Positions 1 to 8,141 of a DNA stretch of 64,000 nt are shown here, piece by piece. Position numbers and translations under genes: made by a program. The stretch comes from Nanobdellota archaeon (GTDB lineage: Archaea > Nanobdellota > Nanobdellia > Pacearchaeales > GW2011-AR1). Below the pieces are notes generated by a model. It was not told the DNA's origin and ran no database searches. It saw only the letters and a program-made list of their open reading frames with translations. The DNA lies in contig JAHJSH010000029.1 of NCBI GenBank assembly GCA_018830525.1, forward strand, positions 41,526-105,525, written 5' to 3'. The first letter of the stretch is position 1. Each line of letters opens with the position of its first letter.

Positions 1-15
1 AAAAATAAAATTATT

Positions 16-510
16 ATGGGAGTTGTTTTAGTCTTTCTGTTAGTCTTTTCTACACTGGGCTATTCGTTGATGAATAATGATGACGATAGGGATACAAAGG
101 TAAACGAAAATGGATTAGATTTTTACAAGGGGGGTGGTCTTTGGAGGGCAGTTATTGATGGACAAGAATTTGGTTTTCAGTATCTTCCTTCAGAAGTTGA
201 AAGTGTTCCAGTGGAAGGGATTTTTGATTTAGGGGGTTATGCAAGTCAGCCGCTTTATTTTGTTAATGTAAATGAAGCTGCCCCCGAGATTTTGAATAAT
301 TTGCAGAGGTATATTATGCGATATCAGGAAGCTTGTATAAATGAATCTGCTTGTGGCGAAGATTTTCCCTTGAAGGATTGTAGTAGCAACGTTATTATTT
401 ATGAGGCTGGAAATGATACAAAAGTTTATAAAAACCAAAGTTGTGTTTATCTCGTCGGTGATGCGATAATGGCAGCCGATGCGTTTCTTTATGAAACATT
501 ACATATTTAA
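16..510 (+). CDS. hypothetical membrane-anchored/secreted protein
   Basis: Complete ATG ORF with N-terminal hydrophobic helix MGVVLVFLLVFSTLGYSL; no family recognised. Confidence 0.45.
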   Translation: MGVVLVFLLVFSTLGYSLMNNDDDRDTKVNENGLDFYKGGGLWRAVIDGQEFGFQYLPSEVESVPVEGIFDLGGYASQPLYFVNVNEAAPEILNNLQRYIMRYQEACINESACGEDFPLKDCSSNVIIYEAGNDTKVYKNQSCVYLVGDAIMAADAFLYETLHI

Positions 511-587
511 AATGGCGCTCAAAGAGTACCAAGATACACAAACAAAATAATGGCGCTCAAAGAGTACCAAGATACACAAACAAAATA
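511..587 (+). repeat. tandem duplication 2 x 38 bp, each copy carrying an ATG mini-ORF; a partial third copy is the start of the 588 CDS
   Basis: AATGGCGCTCAAAGAGTACCAAGATACACAAACAAAAT at 511 and 549; AATGGCG again at 587. Confidence 0.9.
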
Positions 588-1340
588 ATGGCGAAGAAAA
601 AAGCAAAAAAAACTTTTAAGAAAAAATCCTCAAAGCTCAGCAAGGATGAGAAGGAAGAGTTAAAGGCTGAAGGAGAACTTCCGGAGAAGGAAGTTCGTGA
701 GAGTGAGAATCACCAATTAATATGGTTTTTTGTTATTGTGATAGTAATTTTTGCTTCTTTTTTGGTTCCTTATTTTTGGATTCAGAGTTCAAAAACGTTT
801 GAGTTTGGGGGGGTGGATTGGAATATTGACGATGAAGATGAAATTATAACGTTTTACCATACAGAGTTTCCTGCACTCAATGGTGCTAATATTAATTATA
901 ATGTTTATCTGAGGAATGATCCTCGGGAAAATGATGTTTATACAGAAGGAGATTTTCGATATTTTAAGGTGGGGGGTTATCTTTCATGGGGAGAAGATAT
1001 TGAATCCTGCAGGGGTGGCCAGGTTCTTCGTGCAGCTTCAGACTTAACGTCTTTTGTTAGAACGGGTGTAGGAGTAGGAAATATAGCTAATGCCGGTTTA
1101 ACTCCAGAATTTGCCGAAAAGCTAGGGTTTCCTTTCGTGAATTGTCTTACAACTCCTAACCGAACGGTCATTTTATTGGAGATGGGCGAGCCCTCAGTAA
1201 TTCAATCAGGACATAATCCTTATTGTTATATTGTGACCATACGAGATTGTGAGAGTGTTAAACCGATTGAGAAGTTTATTATAAAAACTCTTGAGGATAA
1301 TAGTCTCCGGATTAAAGAACTGCAAGATTTGAAATCCTGA
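588..1340 (+). CDS. hypothetical membrane-anchored protein with Lys-rich N-terminus
   Basis: ATG ORF; KKKAKKTFKKK tail, one TM helix (LIWFFVIVIVIFASFLVPYFWI), Cys-containing ectodomain. Confidence 0.5.
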   Translation: MAKKKAKKTFKKKSSKLSKDEKEELKAEGELPEKEVRESENHQLIWFFVIVIVIFASFLVPYFWIQSSKTFEFGGVDWNIDDEDEIITFYHTEFPALNGANINYNVYLRNDPRENDVYTEGDFRYFKVGGYLSWGEDIESCRGGQVLRAASDLTSFVRTGVGVGNIANAGLTPEFAEKLGFPFVNCLTTPNRTVILLEMGEPSVIQSGHNPYCYIVTIRDCESVKPIEKFIIKTLEDNSLRIKELQDLKS

Positions 1341-1474
1341 CAATATGGAATCTTCTCAACAACTTTAAAAAGATTGTTTCCGAAATTCATCTTGACGTCG
1401 GATTGGAAATCCTCGCAACACGGAATCTTCTCAACAACTTTAAAAAGATTGTTTCCGAAATTCATCTTATGGAT
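1326..1474 (+). repeat. tandem duplication 2 x 75 bp spanning a gene end and the next gene start
   Basis: 47-bp core GGAATCTTCTCAACAACTTTAAAAAGATTGTTTCCGAAATTCATCTT identical at 1347 and 1422; flanks similar. Confidence 0.9.
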
Positions 1475-1948
1475 TTACAAATTTTTATAGGGCTTATTTT
1501 AACCGTTCTTCCGTTTATTGAACTTAGGGGAGGATTGCCTGTTATTGTTGATTATGCTATCCGAAATGGTCAATCGATTTGGCCGTATTTTTTCATAGTT
1601 GTTATCTTGAATATTTTAGTTATTCTATTGATATTCATGTTTTTTGATTTGCTTCACGAGGTATTTATGCGAATGAGATGGTACCAGAAATTTGTCGGAA
1701 AGGTTTTGGCTAGGCTGCAGAAAAGAGTTGATAGGGTTAAGGAACGAATGGACCGTTGGGGCTATTTTGCACTTATTTTATTCGTGGGGATTCCTCTCCC
1801 AATCACCGGAGCTTGGTCTGGCTCACTAATTGCTTGGGCATTAGGATTAAATCGATGGAAGAGTTTCTTAGCTATTTCAGCAGGAGTAGTCATTGCAGGT
1901 TTACTTGTGCTTTTTGCTTCGTTTGGACTTCTTTCTTGGCTTAATTAG
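1469..1948 (+). CDS. small multidrug-export-like (COG2426-type) membrane protein
   Basis: LRGGLPV ... GIPLPITGAWSGSLIAWALGL motifs. ATG 1469 preferred because 1403-1468 is repeat DNA. Confidence 0.5.
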   Translation: MDLQIFIGLILTVLPFIELRGGLPVIVDYAIRNGQSIWPYFFIVVILNILVILLIFMFFDLLHEVFMRMRWYQKFVGKVLARLQKRVDRVKERMDRWGYFALILFVGIPLPITGAWSGSLIAWALGLNRWKSFLAISAGVVIAGLLVLFASFGLLSWLN

Positions 1949-2464
1949 ACTTCTGAAATACATTATATCTGAATAAACTGGGATTGATTTTATTTTGAAT
2001 ATTTTTACCATAGAGAACCAAATCCCGACTACGAATATGGTGGAAATTAAGTGCCAAAAAAACAAATGCGCTAATTGGAAAAAAGAGGTTCTAGCTAATC
2101 CTGCCAATAAAACAATTCTTAGAATATTTATTATGAAAAGAGTTAGTGTCGATAAGATAATGATAAGCGCCCTCTTCCCAGGTTTTATTTCTGTAGCAGA
2201 TAGAATCAAAAATAATAATAGGAAGAATGCTGAGGCGGCCACACATGCAGGGATAATTTCTATCATTATTCCTTTGAAACGAATGATGTTATCTGCCACA
2301 GTGGTTGGAGAGAATATTGATAAAATCCCGCTTGAAGCCTTAATTGTTAATGGGGTTAAAATTTTATCACGAAAAAAGTAAAGATTTGCTCCGAGAAGTA
2401 ATAACGATAAGTATCTTGCGAACAGGCCTATAATCTTTTTAGATTGATTATTCATATAAGTCAA
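1901..2464 (-). CDS. exosortase/archaeosortase-family membrane protease (small form)
   Basis: Polytopic membrane protein with candidate Cys (IIPACVAAS), Arg (NILRIVLL) and His (HLFFWH) motifs; immediately downstream of a surface protein with a C-terminal TM plus basic tail. Confidence 0.55.
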   Translation of the reverse strand: MTYMNNQSKKIIGLFARYLSLLLLGANLYFFRDKILTPLTIKASSGILSIFSPTTVADNIIRFKGIMIEIIPACVAASAFFLLLFLILSATEIKPGKRALIIILSTLTLFIINILRIVLLAGLARTSFFQLAHLFFWHLISTIFVVGIWFSMVKIFKIKSIPVYSDIMYFRSLIKPRKKSKRSKKHK

Positions 2465-2492
2465 TAGAAAGGAAGTTTAAAAAACTTTATAA

Positions 2493-4472
2493 TTAGAATT
2501 GAGGAACTTTTCTTGACCTTCGAGAAACCTTAACAATTAAAGTTAGTAAGATTAAGACAACTAATAATGCTATTCCTGCTGCGCTGTAAAGTACTGTTTT
2601 GCTTATGTCTTCGAAAAGACCTTTCTTCTCTGTAATGTTTACAGAAACTGCTTGATCGTACGACTCCCCATCGGATTCTGCGTTAACCTTGAATGTTTGA
2701 ACTCCGGGCTTATTAGGAATAAATGTGATTGTAACGGTTCCTTCTTCGTCTTCATCTAAAGATAAAGATTGTGGAGATACACTGACAAGTTCTGCCCAGC
2801 TTTCATACCCAGAAACTGAGATGTCATAACTGCCATCTTTTCCGTTATTAATTATTGTTGCAACGATTACCATTTCTTCGCCCACCTTTGCTTCGGATTC
2901 AAGAGATGCGCTGATTGTTGGTTTAGGGATAACTTCAATTCCTTCAGTTACCTTTAAAAAACCATTAAATATTGCTTCATCATCTTCACTATTTTCATAA
3001 ATATCCTTGTCTGCAATCCCCTTATCGTCATAAGCTGAAAGTTCAATCGCATAGGTTTTTGATTCCGCATCTGAAGGGATTTCAAACGAATAAGTAATTT
3101 TTTGGCTGTCAAGGGAATCCAAATCCTTATTAAATTCAATTACTTCTTTAATTCCTAACTCTCCATTATAAACCAAAACAAATATCTCGTCATTTTTGAT
3201 ATCTTTATCCCCTATGTTCCAAACTGTCGCAGTCATTTCTACTTTTCCCCCTTTTGGAAATTCTCCATCAACTAAAGAGAAATCGGAAGAAGTAAATTCT
3301 ATATCTTCAATGACTACAAATTCCTCGTCAGTTCTAATCTCAATTTCTTTTGAAGAAGAATCTCCTGTCTTTTCGTCGTCATAAGGACTAGAAGAATCAT
3401 CAATCTTTCCGATAGCACTAACATATAAGACATAATCTGAATCTTTTCTTAAATCTCTAGGGTGAACTATAAATGAAATTCTTATTGTTTTATCGTCGCC
3501 GAAATCTAGGTCAAAATCCTCTTCATCAATTTCTACATCACTTTCATCTAAGATACAACGATTTTTTGATTCATCTAGTAAACAAAATCCAATTTCTATA
3601 TCCTTTATATCCCAGTCCCCTTTATTGTCCACTTTAATTTCTAATTCTACTTCATCAAGAGGGTACCAATAAGCTTCATCATCCCCAAAACCTTCAAGAG
3701 TGTTTATATCATCAAATGAAACTTCCAATTCTCCCTCATTTTTTCCTGAGTAAAACTCAGACGAAGTAGATAAGGTGATTACCTCGTTGCTGTGGGTTGT
3801 TCCATCTGTTGCTTTTATATTCATTGAACAATCGTCATTGAAATCTAAATCATCAATATTTGTGGATGAAACTTCTATTAAGATAAATTGTCCGGGGTTT
3901 AAATTGAAAATGGATTCATTAAATTGAACATCAAAGTCTGCAGTAGTTGTCTCTACCAATTTTATACCTGTTAAGTTTGTGTTCCCAATATTCATTACTT
4001 TTATCGTTCCGTTTTGGGTTTTTGTTAATGGACTTTCTAGGGAGATTGTTAGTTCTGAGGAGGAGTTTATTGTTATTGTAAAGGGGAGAGTTTTATAGTT
4101 CCCAACATCCATACCTTCCCCGATTACGGAAATTATTCCCTCGATATTTCCAAGTTGGTATTTTTCAAAAGTTACCGTTGCTTTTATTGTTTCAATAACT
4201 GGAGTAGCTGTTCCATTTTCGATATAAAAATCATTAAAATCAATATTAATTACTGCTGTCCCGAGGGAGATTGTAGAACTGCTAAAATCTAAAGTTCCAT
4301 TTGTCCCAGTGTTTTTAAGATTAAAAATAATGTCAAATGAACCTACATTATGATTAACATTTGCAGGGATTGTATATTCTGTAATATCTTGTAGAGATGT
4401 TGCACTCACCATCGCTAAACTAAATACTAAAACTGCAAGAATTCCGATAACTGCGGATGCGTTCTTTACCAT
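2493..4472 (-). CDS. large acidic cell-surface (S-layer-like) protein with signal peptide and C-terminal sorting-like anchor
   Basis: Signal peptide MVKNASAVIGILAVLVFSLAMVSA; repetitive beta-rich acidic domains; C-terminus GLFEDISKTVLYSAAGIALLVVLILLTLIVKVSRRSRK. Confidence 0.6.
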   Translation of the reverse strand: MVKNASAVIGILAVLVFSLAMVSATSLQDITEYTIPANVNHNVGSFDIIFNLKNTGTNGTLDFSSSTISLGTAVINIDFNDFYIENGTATPVIETIKATVTFEKYQLGNIEGIISVIGEGMDVGNYKTLPFTITINSSSELTISLESPLTKTQNGTIKVMNIGNTNLTGIKLVETTTADFDVQFNESIFNLNPGQFILIEVSSTNIDDLDFNDDCSMNIKATDGTTHSNEVITLSTSSEFYSGKNEGELEVSFDDINTLEGFGDDEAYWYPLDEVELEIKVDNKGDWDIKDIEIGFCLLDESKNRCILDESDVEIDEEDFDLDFGDDKTIRISFIVHPRDLRKDSDYVLYVSAIGKIDDSSSPYDDEKTGDSSSKEIEIRTDEEFVVIEDIEFTSSDFSLVDGEFPKGGKVEMTATVWNIGDKDIKNDEIFVLVYNGELGIKEVIEFNKDLDSLDSQKITYSFEIPSDAESKTYAIELSAYDDKGIADKDIYENSEDDEAIFNGFLKVTEGIEVIPKPTISASLESEAKVGEEMVIVATIINNGKDGSYDISVSGYESWAELVSVSPQSLSLDEDEEGTVTITFIPNKPGVQTFKVNAESDGESYDQAVSVNITEKKGLFEDISKTVLYSAAGIALLVVLILLTLIVKVSRRSRKVPQF

Positions 4473-4626
4473 GTTGTAATTCTGGAGTTACACTGGTTTA
4501 TAAAGATTTCTATTATTGAAAAGATAAATTGATTTTGGAGTTTTTGAGGTTTCAGCGACGAAGAAAAGTTTAAATACCTTTAGATAGTTATTATCAGATG
4601 ATACATATGTGTACTAATGAAAGGAG

Positions 4627-4687
4627 TTTTAGATTATGCAATGACAAGGTCCTTGCGGAGCAAAAATCTAAAGATTTTCGCTGATGG
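4627..4687 (+). promoter_or_regulatory. family-1 leader cassette (hairpin A, hairpin B, start codon); TATA-like TTTAAATA at 4569
   Basis: TTTTAGATTATGCAATGACAAGGTCCTTGCGGAGCAAAAATCTAAAGATTTTCGCTGATGG; 7 related copies in the window. Confidence 0.7.
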
Positions 4688-5052
4688 TTAGGTCGAAGGA
4701 GAATTTGGTTGGAGCGTATGCGTTTTTGATAGGTGTAGTTCTTGCGGTAGTTATCGGATTGTTTAGTGAGCCTCTTCAATCTTCGGGGGGCTGGATCTAT
4801 TCAGTTTTGGTGATAATTGGTTTAATTGTAGGATTCATGAATGTGGGTGATAAAAATTCTATGACTTTCCTTGCTGCAAGTCTTTCTTTGGTGGTTGTTG
4901 GTGCACTTGGCTCGGATCCTCTGAAGTATATTGCCCTGAATAATTATGCCGTCAAGGCATTGAGTAGTATTTTGACATCTCTGTTGGTAATGTTTGTTCC
5001 GGCGACAATTATTGTTGCGTTGAAGACTGTCTTTTCTATGGCGAAGATTTAG
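4684..5052 (+). CDS. small integral membrane protein
   Basis: ATG supplied by the family-1 cassette; several hydrophobic helices. Confidence 0.5.
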   Translation: MVRSKENLVGAYAFLIGVVLAVVIGLFSEPLQSSGGWIYSVLVIIGLIVGFMNVGDKNSMTFLAASLSLVVVGALGSDPLKYIALNNYAVKALSSILTSLLVMFVPATIIVALKTVFSMAKI

Positions 5053-5056
5053 CTCA

Positions 5057-5142
5057 GGGAGATATCTCCCTCAGCTGTGTACCCTCTTATTTAACGATAA
5101 TCTAAAATAAATTTTTCATAGAAAATTTATTTTAGATTATCG
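5057..5142 (+). terminator. two perfect or near-perfect palindromes downstream of the 4684 CDS
   Basis: GGGAGATATCTCCC (5057-5070) and a 22-bp inverted repeat CGATAATCTAAAATAAATTTTT/GAAAATTTATTTTAGATTATCG (5095-5142). Confidence 0.5.
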
Positions 5143-5271
5143 CATGTAAGCTCATAAAATTTCTTGACGCGCTTGTCATTGCCTTGCAACGACCCTATCG
5201 CTAAAATTTTATTCGCGACTTGTGGGCTGGAGTGTAATAATAATTAAAAAGATATTTTGAAGGTATTTATT

Positions 5272-5661
5272 ATGATAAGAGTTAATATTGGAAAGAGTGT
5301 TTTGGGAGGCGAGTTAGAAGAGGCTTTGATTTATGCTGCGAATGAGATGGAATTTTCCCACTCTATTAAGGATTGGCATAATGAAGAGTATGTTTTAAAT
5401 CCAACTAGAAGAGGAGAAGTCTATGGGGGGAGTAAATTGGTTGTTAAGGGTTTGTATTCTCATTTTAATATAGATTTTAATCGAGAGAAGCCTTGTGATA
5501 ACTTTCTTTTTGAAGATATCATTGCGCAAGAAAATCAAACAGAAATAGGCGTAGCGGCAATGATGTTAAAAGATACACCTGAAAAAGTTGAATCACCTGA
5601 TGCATATATCCAAGATTATTTGGAGTTTGTTTCTGCAAAATTATATGAAAATACGGATTAG
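5272..5661 (+). CDS. hypothetical protein
   Basis: ORF only; ATG 5272 preferred over TTG 5257. Confidence 0.35.
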   Translation: MIRVNIGKSVLGGELEEALIYAANEMEFSHSIKDWHNEEYVLNPTRRGEVYGGSKLVVKGLYSHFNIDFNREKPCDNFLFEDIIAQENQTEIGVAAMMLKDTPEKVESPDAYIQDYLEFVSAKLYENTD

Positions 5662-6383
5662 AGAAATTCTAAAACATCTGCAAGGTTAATAATTCGCATG
5701 TCGTCTCTTGCGAGACCGAAACAAGCGGTGTTTACCCACATTTGAATTTGCGGAAAATTTTCAAACTCTGAAGTGTCAATGTTGTTTGCTTCGAATAGAT
5801 ATACTTCTTTCCCAGATTTTTCTATTTTTTCGGCTATCTTTTGAATCGCTTTTTGATACCCCTCCGGGGCACGAGAACCTCTGCCGAGGTGTTGGCCATG
5901 TTTTGTGGAAACTAATAGTCCTATATTCTTAGCCATTAGGAATTTCTTCTTCTTGGTTTCGGTCTTTTTATTGTATTCATCAATCTCTTTTTGTTCGATT
6001 TTTTCTAGGGTTTTTGTGGTGAAGATATAGATTTCTTTTTGGAGTTGGATTGCGTTGTTCATAGCGTGGAATTTTCCATCAGTGATTATTAGTCTCGTGT
6101 CGGAAGAGCTATCTAGTGCTGAAGAGTTACAACCTAACACATGGCCTTCGTAATATGCGCCTTTTTTTATGGTTACTTCCTTTCCTTTAGACTCTAAGTA
6201 TTTCTTGACTTTTGGAATTAGCCCTATATATTGTATTGTTGCGGCCAGGGAGATGGTCTTTCCAGGTAATTTATCTAAGAGTTTTAACTGAATGTCCGAA
6301 TCTTTGAACTTTCTACGAGTTTCTATAAACAATACCCTCACGGATTTGGAGCTATTATTGGTTGGGGCACACTGGGTTTTCAT
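5658..6383 (-). CDS. dph2: diphthamide synthase Dph2-like, lacking the N-terminal domain
   Basis: HVLGCNSS, ITDGKFHAMN, LLVSTKHGQ and VNTACFG segments match domains 2-3 of archaeal Dph2 from memory; about 100 aa shorter than usual. Confidence 0.55.
   Translation of the reverse strand: MKTQCAPTNNSSKSVRVLFIETRRKFKDSDIQLKLLDKLPGKTISLAATIQYIGLIPKVKKYLESKGKEVTIKKGAYYEGHVLGCNSSALDSSSDTRLIITDGKFHAMNNAIQLQKEIYIFTTKTLEKIEQKEIDEYNKKTETKKKKFLMAKNIGLLVSTKHGQHLGRGSRAPEGYQKAIQKIAEKIEKSGKEVYLFEANNIDTSEFENFPQIQMWVNTACFGLARDDMRIINLADVLEFL
5849..5890 (+). repeat. family-3 GC-rich hairpin module lying antisense inside dph2
   Basis: GGGGCACGAGAACCTCTGCCGAGG resembles GGTGCGAGAACCTCTTCGAGG of the rps17/rps5 copies; encodes GRGSRAPEG on the minus strand. 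Confidence 0.55.
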
Positions 6384-6427
6384 AATATAAGGTAGAAAAA
6401 TTGGTTTTTAAGAGTTTAGACTCACCC

Positions 6428-6820
6428 CTAGAATCGTTCAATATCACTAGATTTTTGTACTTCAGGTTCTGCTGCACCTTTCTGAATATCAAAAACCTTT
6501 GAAGGTGTTGCGATAACAGTGTTCTCTCCGAATCCTGCAATCTTGCCTTCAAGGGCTTCAACAGTTTTCTTGATCTTCGAGATTGCTCGCTTTAATTCGA
6601 CAACATCCTTTGACTTCAAATGTTTGATATCGATAACTGCGATAGTATATCCTTCTCGGAGTGCATTTAGAATTGGATTTATGTCTTCGTATACCTTTAA
6701 AACAAAAGTTTTTATAAAAATCTTTGAGCTAGATTTTTCTTGTTCTAAATCAATCTCAATGAAATCTGGAGATAAATCTTCATCCCGCCCCATCATCCTT
6801 TTGAATCTGTCAAATACCAT
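6428..6820 (-). CDS. sepF: cell division protein SepF (DUF552)
   Basis: YEDINPILNALREGYTIAVIDIKHLKSKD ... GKIAGFGENTVIATP is typical SepF architecture. Confidence 0.7.
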   Translation of the reverse strand: MVFDRFKRMMGRDEDLSPDFIEIDLEQEKSSSKIFIKTFVLKVYEDINPILNALREGYTIAVIDIKHLKSKDVVELKRAISKIKKTVEALEGKIAGFGENTVIATPSKVFDIQKGAAEPEVQKSSDIERF

Positions 6821-6902
6821 AATATAATTTCATGGACTCAGTATTTAAATATTTATGTGGTAAAATAGTAAGTTAAATAAATTGTGGGAAGTTAAGGGAT
6901 TA

Positions 6903-7133
6903 TCAAAAAGTGGAGTGTCGATCACTAACTGCCGGGTCTGGGTAATAGGTAATTTTTGGATTCGGAAATCCGGCCTCTATTGCTTTTTCTTTTGCGACCA
7001 CCGGATCTTTATCAAATGCTATAATCCGATTATCTCCAATTGAAGGTGTTGCTAAATAAGTTTCATAAAATTCTTTCGGGAGAGGATTCTTTCCAAATAA
7101 TTCATAAGGGTATTCTATATCTTCGAGAGCCAT
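6903..7133 (-). CDS. small hypothetical protein
   Basis: ORF only. Confidence 0.35.
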   Translation of the reverse strand: MALEDIEYPYELFGKNPLPKEFYETYLATPSIGDNRIIAFDKDPVVAKEKAIEAGFPNPKITYYPDPAVSDRHSTF

Positions 7134-7162
7134 AATTTTTTGTGTCGGAGGATTATTTAAAC

Positions 7163-7534
7163 TTATCCTTGAATTGCTTTCATGACTTCGTCACGGATAG
7201 ATTCGATTTTTTCAGAGAATATTTTTTCCTGTTCGTCGATAGATTTCATCCGAGTATCAATTAATTTTTTCTTCTTTTTCATATCTTCAAGAACTGCTTC
7301 TTTTGTAGATTTTATCATAACCTGGTTCCCAATAATTCTAGAAACTTCGCCCTCAGTTTTTCCGACTTCAGCGATAATGTAATCTGTTTCATTTGCTTCC
7401 ATAGAAAATGCATTTTTTTGCATTAGTAACTGCTGAAAACTTTGTTCGAGCATTTGGAGCTCTTGAATTTTCCTCTGAGTATCTTCATCTAAATTTGCTA
7501 AAGGATTTGTAGAGTTATTCTCTTTTTTTGCCAT
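7163..7534 (-). CDS. pfdB: prefoldin beta subunit
   Basis: Coiled-coil QELQMLEQSFQQLLMQK ... ; downstream of rpl37ae-rpoP as in many archaea. Confidence 0.7.
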   Translation of the reverse strand: MAKKENNSTNPLANLDEDTQRKIQELQMLEQSFQQLLMQKNAFSMEANETDYIIAEVGKTEGEVSRIIGNQVMIKSTKEAVLEDMKKKKKLIDTRMKSIDEQEKIFSEKIESIRDEVMKAIQG

Positions 7535-7536
7535 TT

Positions 7537-7674
7537 TTAATCAGATGTAACCGTCTTCATTTTAGTTCTCGGTTTGTAAAAAATTCTCTCGCCACATTTT
7601 ATGCATACGAATCTCTTGTCTAAATCGTCTGATTTTATTTTCGCGCCACAGTGGAAACATTTGTATGTACTCAT
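7537..7674 (-). CDS. rpoP: DNA-directed RNA polymerase subunit P (Rpo12), 45 aa
   Basis: My translation MSTYKCFHCGAKIKSDDLDKRFVCIKCGERIFYKPRTK...; CxxC...CxxC zinc ribbon; below the ORF-track size cutoff. Confidence 0.65.
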   Translation of the reverse strand: MSTYKCFHCGAKIKSDDLDKRFVCIKCGERIFYKPRTKMKTVTSD

Positions 7675-7698
7675 GATATTTTTTATTTTTTATTCTAT

Positions 7699-7914
7699 TT
7701 AATCCTTTAGGTGGAAGGTTCCTCCGGCGAATTTCTTTCCACATTTTGAACATAGCCAGATTGCTCTTGCTTGTCTTTTTGCTCGGCCTTTACAGAACGG
7801 ACAGTCCTGCTTAGTTCGCTGTTTTGCTTCTACCGCTATAAGTTTATTCTTTACTCTTCCGTATCCTGCGCCAAATCTTCCTGCTGCGCCGATTTTTTTT
7901 CTTTTTACTGCCAT
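7699..7914 (-). CDS. rpl37ae: ribosomal protein L37Ae (eL43)
   Basis: GAAGRFGAGYGRVKNK ... CPFCKG ... CSKCGKKFAGG. Confidence 0.9.
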   Translation of the reverse strand: MAVKRKKIGAAGRFGAGYGRVKNKLIAVEAKQRTKQDCPFCKGRAKRQARAIWLCSKCGKKFAGGTFHLKD

Positions 7915-7921
7915 TTTGTTT

Positions 7922-8045
7922 TGAATATTATGGGGCCACTCTCACAATTTGCATTTCGCAAACGGATTTAAACCCTTTGGTTTGCTCAAAGCGAATTGCT
8001 CGGGATTTGTTCAAATCCTTGGGTTTGTGAATATTATGGGGCCAC
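7922..8045. repeat. 18-bp direct repeat (tRNA-Pro 3' end plus flank) bracketing an 88-bp insert
   Basis: TGAATATTATGGGGCCAC at 7922-7939 and 8028-8045. Confidence 0.85.
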
Positions 8046-8109
8046 GCAGATTTGAACTGCGGTCGCGAAGTCCCAAACCTCGAATCATACCAGACTAGAC
8101 CATGGCCCC
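8037..8109 (-). tRNA. tRNA-Pro (anticodon UGG)
   Basis: Minus-strand cloverleaf: acceptor GGGGCCA/TGGCCCC, anticodon arm CGAGG-TTTGGGA-CTTCG, T arm CGCAG-TTCAAAT-CTGCG; no encoded CCA. Confidence 0.8.
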
Positions 8110-8141
8110 ACGATTATGAGGTGATTTTTTGATTAATAAAG

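Noticed and set aside
7562-7753. 63-aa ORF on the minus strand
   Set aside because: It overlaps the rpl37ae 3' end. A different frame gives a canonical 45-aa RpoP zinc ribbon (7537-7674).
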